Below, piece by piece: positions 12,600 through 24,799 of a stretch of DNA of 64,000 nucleotides. The stretch is taken from contig NC_086108.1 of the NCBI RefSeq assembly GCF_963921235.1, positions 26,040,001 to 26,104,000 of the forward strand, given 5' to 3'. A program made the translations under genes and the position numbers. How positions within the stretch are numbered: position 1 is the stretch's first letter; every line of letters begins with the position of its first letter. The DNA comes from Mobula hypostoma (lineage: Eukaryota). The notes beneath the pieces are model-generated. The model had not been told where the DNA came from, made no database searches, and saw only the letters and a list, made by a program, of their open reading frames with translations.

Positions 12600-13650
12600 A
12601 AGATCATATAGGAAATTGAATATGATATTTATAATATATATTAGACTTCCTCCTATTTCTGTAATGAAGAGCAAGAATGAAAGGAAGATTGATGGATTTA
12701 GTGTTGGGGAGTAAACGAGAATCTGAAAAAAGTAGTAAGTGTGGGGAGCTTCAGGCCAATAGCAGTCACAATCAACAACTTTTTGGATAAGGGTGCAAAA
12801 TATATGAGCACAATAATCAATTGGCAAGAAATGACAATTTAATGCGAATGGATTTATAGACTACAAACAGGAAAGATGGTACTAGCATACAAACAGGGCA
12901 GCAATGGAAGTGATGAATATTATTCAGGAGTCAAAAAAACCTTTTCAAGTGCCATGCTACATAGATTAGGCAATAGTAACATACCAAGAATACTCACGTA
13001 AGAAAATGATTAATGAAGGAGATGACAAAAATGAATGTTAAAAAAGGAAGAATCTCACAAAACAGGTAGGTAAAAAAAAATTATACAAATTCTGCTGATA
13101 CATATGTAGTGAAAGGAAGATCAAGAAAATGATGGGGTCACAAAGCGATATCAACAATGAACTCAAAGGCAACAGAAAGGAAATATTGAATGATTTTTTT
13201 GCTTCAATATTATGCCTGGAGGCAACGTGGTGAATATAATGCTTGAAAAAATTAAAATGTAAAAAATGGGAAGGGATAATAATAAGTATATCAGCGTTAG
13301 AAGGCTTAAAATTCCTGAAATGGAGGATTACAGCTGTGCATGTTAAAAACCGTTATGGAAGAGATAGAGGCACAAAGACTGACAGCCAGGAAATACCTAA
13401 AAAGAGACAGAACAAGTCCTAGTTGTTATCAGCCAATTACCTGATTGTCAGTGACAAGAAAGTTAATGGAATCCTCATTCACAAAGAGAAGCAGCTTGAA
13501 CAGGGGAGCAGAAATATTTCCGAAAGCTGGCTAAACGCATAACCCAAGGGACACTCATGAGAAACACATTTTGCTCCAGTGTGTAAGTGAGTGTTTGGGT
13601 AATTGGGAAGAAATTGATGGGCATGTGACAGAAAATAGGTTTGCAAGGAA
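12600..13650 (+). mobile_element. Very old CR1 LINE (EN to RT), heavily decayed
   Basis: Residual YRPP-like (tattagacttcctcc), YFASVF-like (tttttgcttcaatatt) and NYRP-like (ttatcagccaattacctga) traces in colinear order. Confidence 0.45.
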
Positions 13651-13654
13651 CCAT

Positions 13655-14000
13655 GAGACATAGGGTCATAGACTAATGGAAACACGCCCTTCAACTCTGC
13701 TAATCCTATTTGCTTGCATTTGTTCCATGTCTCTCTCAAACATCCCTATCCATGTAGCTGCTTAAATGCTTTTTTAATGATCTAATTTCTCCGGCAGCAT
13801 GTACCCATGACCCTCTGTATGAAAAACTTGCCTTTCAGGTCTCTTTTAAAATTTTCAGGTCTTACCTTCAATCTTCTCTGACTAGTTTTAGACTGTGATC
13901 ATTCACTTTAACTACGCCCCTCATAATCTTATACACCTCTGTAAAGTAAACCGTCAGCCTCCTGTGCTCGAGGGAAAACAGTCCCGCCTATCATCAACCT
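13655..14000 (-). mobile_element. CR1 3' end
   Basis: catagggtcatagact tail; ccctctgtatgaaaaacttgcc is the reverse complement of the FFTQRV region. Confidence 0.7.
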
Positions 14001-14010
14001 CAGTCTAGAT

Positions 14011-14061
14011 CAGGGGTTTCCAACCTTTATTATGCCGTGGACCCCAGGTTGGCCACCCCTG
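14011..14061. mobile_element. 51-bp hAT/Charlie-type MITE with 8-bp TSD
   Basis: TIRs caggggtttccaacct / aggttggccacccctg; flanks gtctagat (14003-14010) and gtccagat (14062-14069). Confidence 0.85.
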
Positions 14062-14187
14062 GTCCAGATGAATCGTCTTGACCTAAAATGTTGACTGTCC
14101 ATTTCCTTCCATACCTGATCCATTGAGTTTCTTCAGCTTTTTGTCTATTGCTCCAGATTCCAGCATCAGCAGTTTATTGTATCTCCA
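14062..14187 (+). mobile_element. Decayed Penelope terminus (host of the MITE)
   Basis: gatgaatcgtcttgacctaaaatgttgactgtcc...ccagattccagcatcagcag resembles the other Penelope termini in the window. Confidence 0.65.
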
Positions 14188-14329
14188 GACATAGCTCCAG
14201 AAAGCCTTTGCATTCGGAAACTGTACCTTGTAGATTATACTTACCTTGGAGTAACACTGAGAAAGTTCATTGAATTGCTTCTGCTGGTTGTCTTACAAGG
14301 AATGATTAAGCCGTTTAGACCTATACTGC

Positions 14330-14667
14330 CCTTTGCCTCCCTCTGGTGCTCCTTCCCCCTTTTTTGTTTCCATGGCCTTCTGTTCTCTCCTATTAGATTC
14401 ACTCTTCTCCAGCCCTGTATCTCTTTCACCAATCAACTTCCCAGTTCTTTACTTCACCGCTCCCCCTCCCAATTTTACCTATCAACTTGTGGTTCTTCCA
14501 CTCCTCCCTTCTAACTCTGACTCCTCATCTTTTTTTCTCCAGTCCAGTCCAACTGAAGAGTCTCGGCCCAAAGCGTCGACTGTACATTTTTCCATTGCTG
14601 CTGAGTTCCTCCATCATTTTGTGTGTGTTGCTCGGATTTCCAGCATCTGGAGAATTTCTTTTGTTTG
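14330..14667 (+). mobile_element. Penelope terminal region (pyrimidine-rich, decayed ribozyme)
   Basis: tctctcctattagattc...gtctcggcccaaagcgtcgactgtac...gatttccagcatctggagaatt. Confidence 0.8.
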
Positions 14668-14936
14668 AGGAAGATTAAATTCTGGGCAGGACAAAGGAGG
14701 TCAGAGGCAGCTTGTACAGCCCTGGATCACTCGTTTAAGATAGGAAGTCAGCTGACTGGTGGTGTAGTGGCAGCAGCACAAGACACTGAGACGAATGGTC
14801 CCGTGTTCAAATCCGGCCATCCGCTTTCATGCTCATTTCCATCCACGCTGGATTGAGCATCCACTACCAACTGGGCCTCATGAAAAAAAGTCACATGCTA
14901 TGGAAACAGCAAAAATGCTGCCCGATACACCACAAG

Positions 14937-15904
14937 TCATAGTCAAAGTCATAGTCATACTTTATTGATCCCGGGGGAAATTGGTTTTCGTTACAGTTGC
15001 ACCATAAATAATAAATAGTAATAGAAATAGTAATAGTAATACTACTATTAGTAGATAGTAAATAGTAATAGTCATGGAAATAATAAATAGTAATAGAAAA
15101 ATAGTACTAAATAGTTAAATAGTAATATGTAAGTTATGCCAGTAAATTATAAAATAAGTCCAGGACCAGCCTATTGGCTCAGGGTGTCTGACCCTCCAAG
15201 GGAGGAGTTGTAAAGTTTGATGGCCACAGGCAGGAATGACTTCCTATGATGCTCTGTGCTGCATCTCGGAGGAATGAGTCTCTGGCTGAATGTACTCCTG
15301 TGCCCACCCAGTACATTATGTAGTGGATGGGAGATGTTGACCAAGATGGCATGCAACTTAGACAGCATCCTCTTTTCAGACACCACCGTCAGAGAGTCCA
15401 GTTCCAGCCCCACAATATCACTGGCCTTAGAATGAGTTTGTTGATTCTGTTGGTGTCTGCTACCCTCAACCTGCTGCCCCAGCACACAACAGCAAACATG
15501 ATAGCACTGGCCACCACAGACTCATAGAACATCCTCAGCATCGTCCGGCAGATGGTAAAGAACCTCAGTCTCCTCAGGAAATAGAGACGGCTCTGACCCT
15601 TCTTGTAGACAGCCTCAGTGTTCTTTGACCAGTCCAGTTTATTGTCAATTCATATCCCCAGGTATTTGTAATCCTCCACCATGTCCACACTGACCTCCTA
15701 GATGGAAATAGGGGTCCCCGGTACCGTAGCTCTCCTCAGGTCTACCATCAGCTCCTTTGTCTTTTTCACATTAAGCTGCAGATAATTCTGCTCACACCAT
15801 GTGACAAAGTTTTCTACCGTAGCCCTGTACTCAACCTCATCTCCCTTGCTGATGCATCCAGCTATTGCAGAGTCATCCGAAAACTTCTGAAGATGATGAT
15901 GATG
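14937..15904 (-). mobile_element. 5'-truncated Rex1/Babar LINE
   Basis: Minus ORFs LQKFSDDSAI, WCEQNYLQLNVKKTKELMVD, SHPLH, RKSFLPVAIKLYN; AATAAA and (TATGAC/TTTGAC) tail. Confidence 0.9.
15008..15126. repeat. Imperfect (AATAGT)n microsatellite in the Rex1 3'UTR
   Basis: Repeated aaatagtaatag units. Confidence 0.8.
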
Positions 15905-17669
15905 ACAAGACATTATAAGGAACAACAACAATTTAAGCTAGGCCCACTTATGGAGGAATATCATTATCAAAATAATTTTGAATCTTTCAATTCTCTACTT
16001 AAGAGAACTATGGCCATGTCATCTAACACATTCGAAAGCAAGATAAATATTTAAAATAAGGATGTTAAAATGTATGAAATTGTTAGGGAGCATTCTGGAG
16101 TTAGGGTGTATGGTAAATATTAATTTCAACAGAAACCATCTTCAGGTTTGGATGTGGATTGGGGTTGATTACAAACCAGTAAACACCCATTCACTTGACG
16201 TCTGCACATGCATGAGTCCAGAGAGAGAGAATGCTGATTAACATTCATTATGGGTGTCTGGAGTGTGGGTGTGAAGAAGGAGGTTTTCGAAAATTATATG
16301 TAATTCAAAGGAAGCAGTGTAGGTACATTGTAACTATAGAATTGTCCTGCTGTTACCTTTGATATTTAGCATATAGAAATGTCATGTAATATCAGGCAAG
16401 CCACCTCTTCCAAAAGTGGTTTGAATGGCTCCTCGCTTGGCTGAATAAATGCTTCCATATCCACCTAGGTTCAGTGTCTCTTCGGTGACTTTGTTCACAG
16501 ATACAAAGAGTGCAAATGCAAAACGTGGAACTGAGTCCAAGATCAGATCTTATTAAATGACCCAGCAGCTTTGAGGGCCAACTGATTACCTCCAACTCGA
16601 CCTGCTGAGTTTTTCTAGCAGGTTATGTTTTGGTTTGTGTTGTAGCATCAGTAGACTTTTACATCTCCAGCTCCTGTTCCTTACATTCCAATGTTCAATG
16701 AAGAACAAACGCTTTGTGACTATCCCTTCCACACTATCCATGTCCACTCTCCCTCCAGGTGGGTTTGAGATACCAGAGTCTGAGGAGGCCATGTTTAACA
16801 GATTCAGGATAAGCCATGGAGAAAGTGGTACAGCTTTCACAAGGATCTTTAAGATAGTTTTCTACATCTTTGAAGTTAATTCTCCTACCAAATATTTGGG
16901 CGGTTCGGCAAATTAAGTAAATAAATGAGGAGACTATTGCTTTGATACATCATTATACTTTGTAATAAATAATCTTTCAGTAAAATTAAAGCTGTAACAA
17001 AATACTCTCATGGCATTAAAACTTCTAAATGATATAAGGTATTCTAAAAGCTATTTTGAAGTGTTAAGCGATGGGTGGCTTTCCATTGTTTCTAATCTTA
17101 CCTATTCTGCATAATATATCCTGGGAGAGAGAAACTATGGAAGAATTAAAGTTTCAGTTCAAAAGAAATTTTAAGGGAAAAATTTCAATTTACATATTTT
17201 AAGTGGCGGATGGAAATGTTCAATGTCAGCAATGATCTGACACAGCAGGAGAACTGCTGCTAAAATGTCAATAACTTGAAGAAGCCCAACTTTGTTAAAA
17301 TCAAAGGCAGACTGCAGTGATGCTCCTTCATTACATGGATGATTAATATGATTAATGAGCCCTCAGAGAGCTGAAGGAAATGTTTAGTTTGTTGAAAACA
17401 AGTGCATTTTGCATGGCCTATTTTTATTCTGCATGATAATTTACTAAAGTAAATACTGAAGGACAGTGGGGGCTTGATCTGACTGAATATTGGAGTATAG
17501 CCCCTAGACTGGACACAGGAGGTACCTAATAAAGTGGCTACTGGGTGCAAATTTGCCAATGACACGACTGCTGTTGATGGTGACGATGAGACATACAGGG
17601 TATCAAGGTGGACAACATCTGGGGGATGCAGGATGTTGTCTTCAGGTTATCACAGCTATGGCAGACACC

Positions 17670-19690
17670 AACGAGAACGTAGATGATGTCAACACAAGAC
17701 TAACCCTCGTGGTGCGGGAATGCAAGTACAAAGATATTCTGCTGAGCACATTCAAAGAAGCGATGCTTATCCGAGCATTGTTTGTTGGAGTCCAAGATGG
17801 GAGGACACAAGAGATCCTCCTGTCTGAAGAGCACCATTTGTCATAAGATAAAGCATGCACCACAGGTTGCTACTGGAAGCAGTCAAGACAGGCGTTACAC
17901 AGATTCATCCCCCTTCCAAAAATGTCAATGCTTGCCAGAGGATAGCAGCTTACAGACTCCAGAAATCATGCAAGTCTCCACAGAGGTGTCGCTGCTATGG
18001 GTAAAGTCATGCTCAATAGTGCAATTGAAAGCACCAAAAGATGGTCTGTCAGTTCTGTAAGAAGGTAGAGCCCCTCGAAAAGGTATGCTTTGCTAAGCAA
18101 CGCGCCATGAGAAAGTGGCTGAATTCAACCATCAGCTCCACATAGACAGACAGCCAAAGTAAAGAAGTGAGTACTATTTTCCAAACAAATGACTTGGGCC
18201 ATTGAAATCAGCCTCCTTACTTGGCTATACTCACACTGGACAACCGACCTGTGAAATGTGAGCTGGATATGGGGTCAGCCATCACCTTGGTGAGTGAATT
18301 ATGCTTATGCCAGATTCCAAACATGACCACCAGATTCAGTGTTCTGCAGCTGCACTGGACATAGCATGGCGGATGTGCAGTAAAAGGGGTTTGTCTGGGG
18401 ACCTATTTCACTTTTCGATGCATGTGTTCAGGGGAGGCCAATGACCTAATATGATAGGCAGAAATTGGATTAGAAGATGCCATTTCTGCTGTCCTGCATC
18501 AACCATTCTGGGGGAAACCCCACATTGAATTCTCTATTGTAAAAGCACTAGCAAGTTTTCCGTGCTGATGCTTCGGGTCAATCCTGTGGTCTGGTGGCTA
18601 AGTTCCAATTTAAAAGAATTGTTTTACAAGGCCTGCCCACCGCCATATGCATTGGTCCCAAAGGTAGAAGAAGAACCTGATTGACTGCAGAAATCTGACG
18701 GGATAGATCCACTGCAGTACTCAGAGTGGACAGCTCTGATCATACCCATCCTCAAGTCTAATGGGTCAGTTCATGTCTGCGGCAACTTCAATTGACCACA
18801 AACCCTGTGACAGAACTGAATGCATATCAATAACAACAGATCAAGGATGTGTATGCAATCCTGTCTGGAGGCCAACAGCTCTCAAAATGGGACCCAAAAC
18901 ATGCCTACAATCAGGTCACTCAAGGTGAAAACTCTCAGGAGGTTATAACAAACAATACGCATAGACGCCTATATCCCAGGACTAGTCAACTGATCGCTTA
19001 TTACAATCAGTTCCTGAATCAATTGGCTACAGTGTTAAAGTCCCTGTAATGATTACTCCTGAAGGACCAAAGCCGGGTATGGTTGTGAATTGAGCAGAAG
19101 GCATTCAAACAGCTAAAACTGATCTCAGTTCTTTGTCTGCATTAGTGCGTTATGATCAAGGAAAACCTGTAGTGATGCAGGGTGATGCCTCACCATATAG
19201 CAGTTGGGTCCGTACTTCTCCACTGAATGCCTTTTGGAATGCCTATTGCTTTTGTTTCAATGTTACTGTCGCAGATCGATTATTTGTAACTTGGCTGAGA
19301 ATCCCGGGCCATTATGTTTGGTGCATTTGTACCTATCTGCATGTCTATCAAAATCCCTTACAGATCATCAGCTTCAGCTAGGCTTAATGGGGGCATCATG
19401 AAGCATTGGATGACAACAAATGTCATCACCCAGTTGTTTGACAGTGAAGTCCTTTTCCTTGAGGCATATCAGCCAGCATATTTTGCCATTTCCTTAACAT
19501 TTGTCTGTTTTTTTATGAGACTAAGTTGTTAGTTCAATGCTCAAACCAGCACGGATGGAAACCATGCAAGGGGCTGGCCAGATTCGAACCTGAGACCATT
19601 GGTTTCGAAATCCGGTGCTGATGCCACCGCACCACCAGCAGGCGAAGTGAAGCATATCCCAGGGAAAGAAAAACATGGTGGCAACATCTC
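17670..19690 (+). mobile_element. Old Ty3/Gypsy internal region (gag-PR-RT-RNaseH pseudogene)
   Basis: gag LIRALFVGVQD..ILLSE; knuckle-like CQFCKK; protease PVKCELDMGSAITL; RT PYALVPKVEEE..YSEW..PILKSNGSVHVCG; RNaseH YDQGKPVVMQGDASPY and KHIPGKEN. Confidence 0.85.
19450..19645 (-). mobile_element. tRNA-derived SINE (second family) with 7-bp TSD
   Basis: Minus-strand tggtgcggtgg and ggttcgaatc boxes; AGTGAAG at 19443-19449 and 19646-19652. Confidence 0.8.
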
Positions 19691-21284
19691 TGTAGTAAAC
19701 CATATATATATGTTGTGACTGGGTTAACTGTCTGGACACGCCCCTCTGCTGACTGCCCCTGTGGATCCTTCCACAGAGTCTGGGAAGCTCAACGAGCCCT
19801 CTGATGCCCTATCCCGGGGAACATGCGCCAGCGCGCAGATCAACCGGCTATATGCCCTACATGTAGGTCTTTGCCACCCGGGGGTCACCCGGCTTTTCCA
19901 CTTTGTGAAAGCCTGGAACCTGCCTTACTCCCTTGAGGAGATCAGGATGATGACCAGGGACTGCCAAGTCTGCGCAGAGTGCAAACCGCACTTCTACCGA
20001 CCCGAAAAGGCACAACTCATCAAGGCCACCCGCCCCTTTGAGTGACTGAGTGTTGACTTTAAGGGCCCCCTTCTCTCCACCGACCGCAATGTGTACTTTC
20101 TTAATGTTATCGACGAGTACTCGCGGTTCCCCTTCGCCATCCCCTGCCCTGACACCACTACCACGTCAGTTATAAAAGCCCTGCGCAAGCTCTTCACTCT
20201 GTTCGGATACCCGTGCTATATCCACAGTGACAGAGGGTCCTCATTTATAAGTGATGAGCTGCACCAATATCTACTGGCTAGGGGAATTGCAACCAGTAGG
20301 ACCACGAGCTATAATCCCCGGGGGAATGGACAGGTAGAGAAGGAGAATACCACGGTGTGGAAAGCCACACTCTTAGCCCTCAGGTCAAAGGGACTGCCGG
20401 TCTCCCGCTGGCAGGAGGTCCTTCCCGAGGCACTCCACTCCATCCGCTCCCTGTTATGCACAGCCACCAATGCCACCCCTCATGAGCGGCTCTCTTCTTT
20501 TCCCAGAAAGTCAACCACTGGGACCACCCTACCAACTTGGCTGACGTCCCCGGGGCCAGTGCGGCTTCGAAAACATGCGAGGAGCAATAAATACTCCCCG
20601 ATGATCGTGAGGGTTCACTTACTTCATGCGAACCCCCAGTATGCCTACGTGGTTTTACCTGATGGGCGGCAGGCCACAGTCTCCATCCGCGACCTGACGC
20701 CCGCAGGAGCACCGGGCCCCTACCCTGAACATTCCATGGTGACTATTGACCCCGTACCCACCGATGTATGTACCCACGAGACACCACACACTCCAAACCC
20801 TACACAGACACCACACGACTCTCCCATACCGGGCGCAACGCACACGCATGAGGGATTAACAACGTCTAACATGCTGGCACCTCAAGTCAAGCCGGAACCA
20901 GCACAACTGCCGTCGCTGGTGCAATCACCACCGGTGCTACGTAGATCACAGCGACGGACTCGACTGCCTGATAGACTTAACCTGTAAATATACTTCTTGT
21001 AAATATTGTCAGTCACTTCACCCCATGGTACTCTTTTTAAGAAAAGGAGGGGGAATGTGGTAAACCATATATATATGTTGTAACTGGGTTAACTGTCTGG
21101 ACACGCCCCTCTGCTAGCTGCCCCGTGGCTCCTCCCACAAAATCCTGTATAAAGGTGTTTCGCCTTGCCCCTCCCCCTCAGTCCGGGGGCAGACACTCAC
21201 CGTGGAGGTCGTATTGTACAGCGAATAAAAGTCTTTCAGTATTTTACCAAACCCCAGTCTTTTGGAGTTATTGAAGGTGCTTCA
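19691..21284 (+). mobile_element. Internally deleted Gypsy LTR element: truncated 5' LTR (19691-~19780), integrase, PPT (21039-21055), 3' LTR (21056-21284)
   Basis: LTR starts match over ~90 bp; TG...CA ends; TATAAA and AATAAA in the 3' LTR; flanks atctc/acctc. Confidence 0.92.
19782..20987 (+). pseudogene. Gypsy pol C-terminus: end of RNase H plus HHCC and DDE integrase, one stop
   Basis: GKLNEPSDALSR; H..HPG..CQVC; SVDFKGP, HSDRG, NGQVEKEN; ORFs 19761..20045 and 20091..20987 are in frame across TGA 20043-20045. Confidence 0.9.
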
Positions 21285-21459
21285 ACCTCAAGCAGATGAA
21301 CCAATGGACGCTACATCTTGAGAAGAGGAAATTCACAATCCACTGCCCTCAACATAAACTAATCAAAGAGGCACAGAGAGGGATGGAAGCTTCTACCTGT
21401 GGTGGTTCACAAGGGTGTTCTGGTCAGTTGACCGCAACCAAGCAGGATAGACAGTTCGT

Positions 21460-21616
21460 AAACGACAGGAATTCTGTAGATGCTGGAAATTCAAGCAACA
21501 CACATAAAAGTTGCTGGTGAACACAGCAGGCCAGGCAGCATCTCTAGGAAGAGGTACAGTCGACGTTTCAGGCTGAGACCCTTCGTCAGGACTAACTGAA
21601 GGAAGAGTGAGTAAGG
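21460..21616 (-). mobile_element. Short Penelope terminus insertion with TSD
   Basis: Near-identical to 42375-42530; GACAGTTC at 21450-21457 and 21617-21624. Confidence 0.9.
21558..21593 (-). ncRNA. Minimal type I hammerhead ribozyme motif (Penelope)
   Basis: AGUC CUGACGA AGG gucucag CCU GAAA C GUC GACU: both core boxes, helices I and II, GUC triplet. Confidence 0.75.
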
Positions 21617-21879
21617 GACAGTTCATCATTTTTCTCAGTTTACCTCACATTCTCTACCTCTGCAGTTTTCATTTAAGGGGGGAGTGATGTATCATATCTG
21701 ATCGATTGTGAGAATGTGGTGAGTGTGCATGTGTCTGATCGATCATGCGGTGAATCAATTGGGCCTCCTACATGCAGCAGGCACTTTCTTGGGCATGGTC
21801 TTTTGTGTATGCATGTCTTTACGAATCAGTGGGCCCAATTCTTAGCTCCCACGCTGTAAGTTGCCCAGTGCGTACCACA

Positions 21880-22085
21880 TTACTAATATGACACAGTAAA
21901 AACTGGGATATATCCTGCCTGGTCCAGTGTTTTATTGATCTTATTGTTTTTCAAAAGTTCCAACACATTCTGTCTCTTAATATCAACACATTTAAACACA
22001 TCAGCCTGCTTAATGTTGTCCTCACAAATGTCAAGCCCCCTCTCACCGATGAATGCTGAAGCAAAGTATTCATTAAGAATGAAGA
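21880..22085 (-). mobile_element. CR1 fragment
   Basis: Minus ORF LNEYFASAF...VLELLKNNKINK. Confidence 0.7.
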
Positions 22086-24799
22086 CTTTCAAAGTTACTT
22101 AAATAAAGTACAATCCAATGTACTTATATTCATGGTTAATAATTTAATGGAACCTTGTGTTACAGGGTAAGAGGCAGTGAATACCAGTGAATGGATGTAA
22201 TCTTGCTTTACTGAAGAGAAGTACAGTATATATTAGTTATGTCCCGTATTAGGAGTACTGTTTTAATAGCTTTTAACAAATCATCTGCACTCTGTTACTC
22301 TAAGTACATACTTTGAAGTTTGATTTTATAAAACTTTCCCCGAGGCAAATTATGAGTAGCATGGCATAGACTTTGAGAACACATTAAAAGGGAATGCATA
22401 ATCAGATAAAGTTCAATGCAGGTCAGTCTAGACTGATGCAGACTGGGTATAAGAAAGGGAAGAGATGATACAGTTTAAATGCCGTTACTTTGAGCAGGGT
22501 GCAAATGTTGATGGAAGCAGCAGTGTATTTCACAAAACCTACAGTCAGGTTGATGATGTAAGTCAAAAGAAAGAACAACAAACAATCTCCTGGAAGAACT
22601 GAGAGGGTCAAGCAGCATCTGTGGGAGGAAAGGAAGTGTCAATGCTTTGGGTCAAACCCCTCATAAATGTCAGATAAAAGAACGGAAGGGGATTAAATAC
22701 AAAAGCAAGACTGTGAAAGCCATATCCTTTGTTCAAAACATCAACACACGCAACTGATGAAATAGAATTCCAAAATGGTGACATAAATCTGCAATTATTT
22801 TAGGACTGATTGAATGTTGAAATGAGTCTGGATTTGCTGCATAGATGAAACAATTAAGATGAGCAAGATGTCCTTCCTTGTGGTTATCTTGCAATGTTGC
22901 AGTCTCTGTATACAGTAACTCATTCGCCATTGTAGATCATTGTGGAACATGTTGCATAATTCTAAACCAGAAGCCATTCTAAAATCACCTACTGTAGAGC
23001 CAATTCATTATTACATGCAGATCAGTATTGTCATGTCATTTGAAACTCAAAGACAGAATTGTCAGTGTGATCCATTATTTGTCACCAGCTAACTGAAAAT
23101 GTGGGATTAGGTACCAAAATAAAACAATTACATCATTGCTCTTGTCAAAGCTGTTGAAGTGATTTTATGAATTTACTGGAAATACAGCTTTCTTGATTAT
23201 TACATTTGCAACAAGACATCAAGAAGTGTTCTGTGCACTTTATAAAGAATATCTACTGTACCTGGAAAAGCACACTTTTTTGTGGGATAAGGAATTCAAT
23301 TTCAATAAAAAATTCCTCAGAGAGGAAAATAGTGTATAGGACATCCCTATGCATACGTACCAGTGATAGTATTCATTTGACATGAGAACGCATGGAGAAA
23401 TTAGACTAATGCATTGAGGTTCAATGGTACAAGTTACATACGTACCTGGATGTCACCTTTATGATTTCATTGATACGTACAGTCATAATATTACAAGGTC
23501 ACCTATTTAGAGAGAGAGGCCTAAATAGTCCAATAATGAGAAGCAGCATCCAATTTAATGAAAACACTCATCTTTCTTTTCTTTGGCCCAGTTACTCCCT
23601 TGCATCCTGGTTTCAGCGACCCACAACCATCACTTGACTCCCCATCTTCACATCCTACCTAATTCTCAACCCTACTCACAATCTACCAACCAACTCACAA
23701 ATCCAAACTGATAAGCCATCAACCCTTCTCCAATACTTCTTCCTCCACATATTCCCACTCCCAACAATGATCCCTGGCAGCTGGCTCCCACTCCACTTAC
23801 TTTACTGAAAGTAAATTGCTCCTACTCTCAGAGGGTCATTTCCACGTAACCAGCCTCTGTCCTTCAGCTGGACTTTGTGAGCTGGAATGCTACTGAACTA
23901 AAGAATCCGCTGTCTTGAGGCATAAACGTTGCATGCTGATAATGATATCGGATGGATATTTGTAAAATGTTCTTTAATTATCTAACCAGAATCCACCTTT
24001 AAAAGAAATAGATACTTCTTAAAAATAATCTACTTATTTAAATCCTGCAGTGTTACAGTCGCAGAATGCTATTTCATTATCCCTGATTTATTTTGGATTT
24101 GCCATTACTTAAAGAAATAAGAATGAAGAATTCCTTATCATTTAGTGCCAATAAAAATCACATTATCAGATTCACTGGCCAGAAGTAACAGTGGGGGTCA
24201 AAATTGTCTCCAGTCATCCATCAATGAGTAATAAACAAGCAACCAACTATAACAAGAATGCATCTGTTTTTAATTAAATCTAGTTACCTTTTATTTATTG
24301 CCTGCAGGAGCAAAACTTAAGCCTGATAGAGTATGTAAACAGGTCTCCATGCATTAGGGTTTGAAATTGGGGTGAAATTAGCTTTCACCATTATTGACAA
24401 GATTAAATTGCTAGCCTGTTTATATAATATTCTTAATTTCCTTTCTGATTGAAGTCACTTAATAGCAGTTGGTTCAGTAAGATGAAAAGCAGACTGACCC
24501 TTTGTTGCTTCCCATTAGCTTATTTCCTGCATGTGCTTCAGATTAATTTTGCTCCCCATCATACTAAACGAGTGGTAAATAATTTAACATAGGTCTTGGA
24601 TTACTTTATCTCATGAAAGCACTAATTCTTTGGAAGAGTAAATTTTTCCAAGTTCAGTGATGTACAGATATACTTAAATATAAGTGTATAATATTTGGCA
24701 TTGGAGATCTTACACAGAAAATGAACTAACACGCTTAGAAATGTGATTGACTAGAAGTAATTGTGTATAAACTTTACTGACTACTGAATGCTATTCAGT

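Larger units (their letters stand above)
14752..15931 (+). mobile_element. Second tRNA-derived SINE family (14752-14936 plus 15905-15931), split by Rex1
   Basis: tggtgtagtgg A-box-like and gttcaaatcc B-box; same family as the minus copy at 19450-19645; tail aaggaacaacaacaa follows the insertion. Confidence 0.7.

Noticed and set aside
14245..14320. Strong donor AAG|gtaagta on the minus strand
   Set aside because: No convincing acceptor upstream, and it is flanked by Penelope remnants
16635..16916. Overlapping plus and minus ORFs of 84-93 aa
   Set aside because: No recognised homology and no consistent splice-site pair
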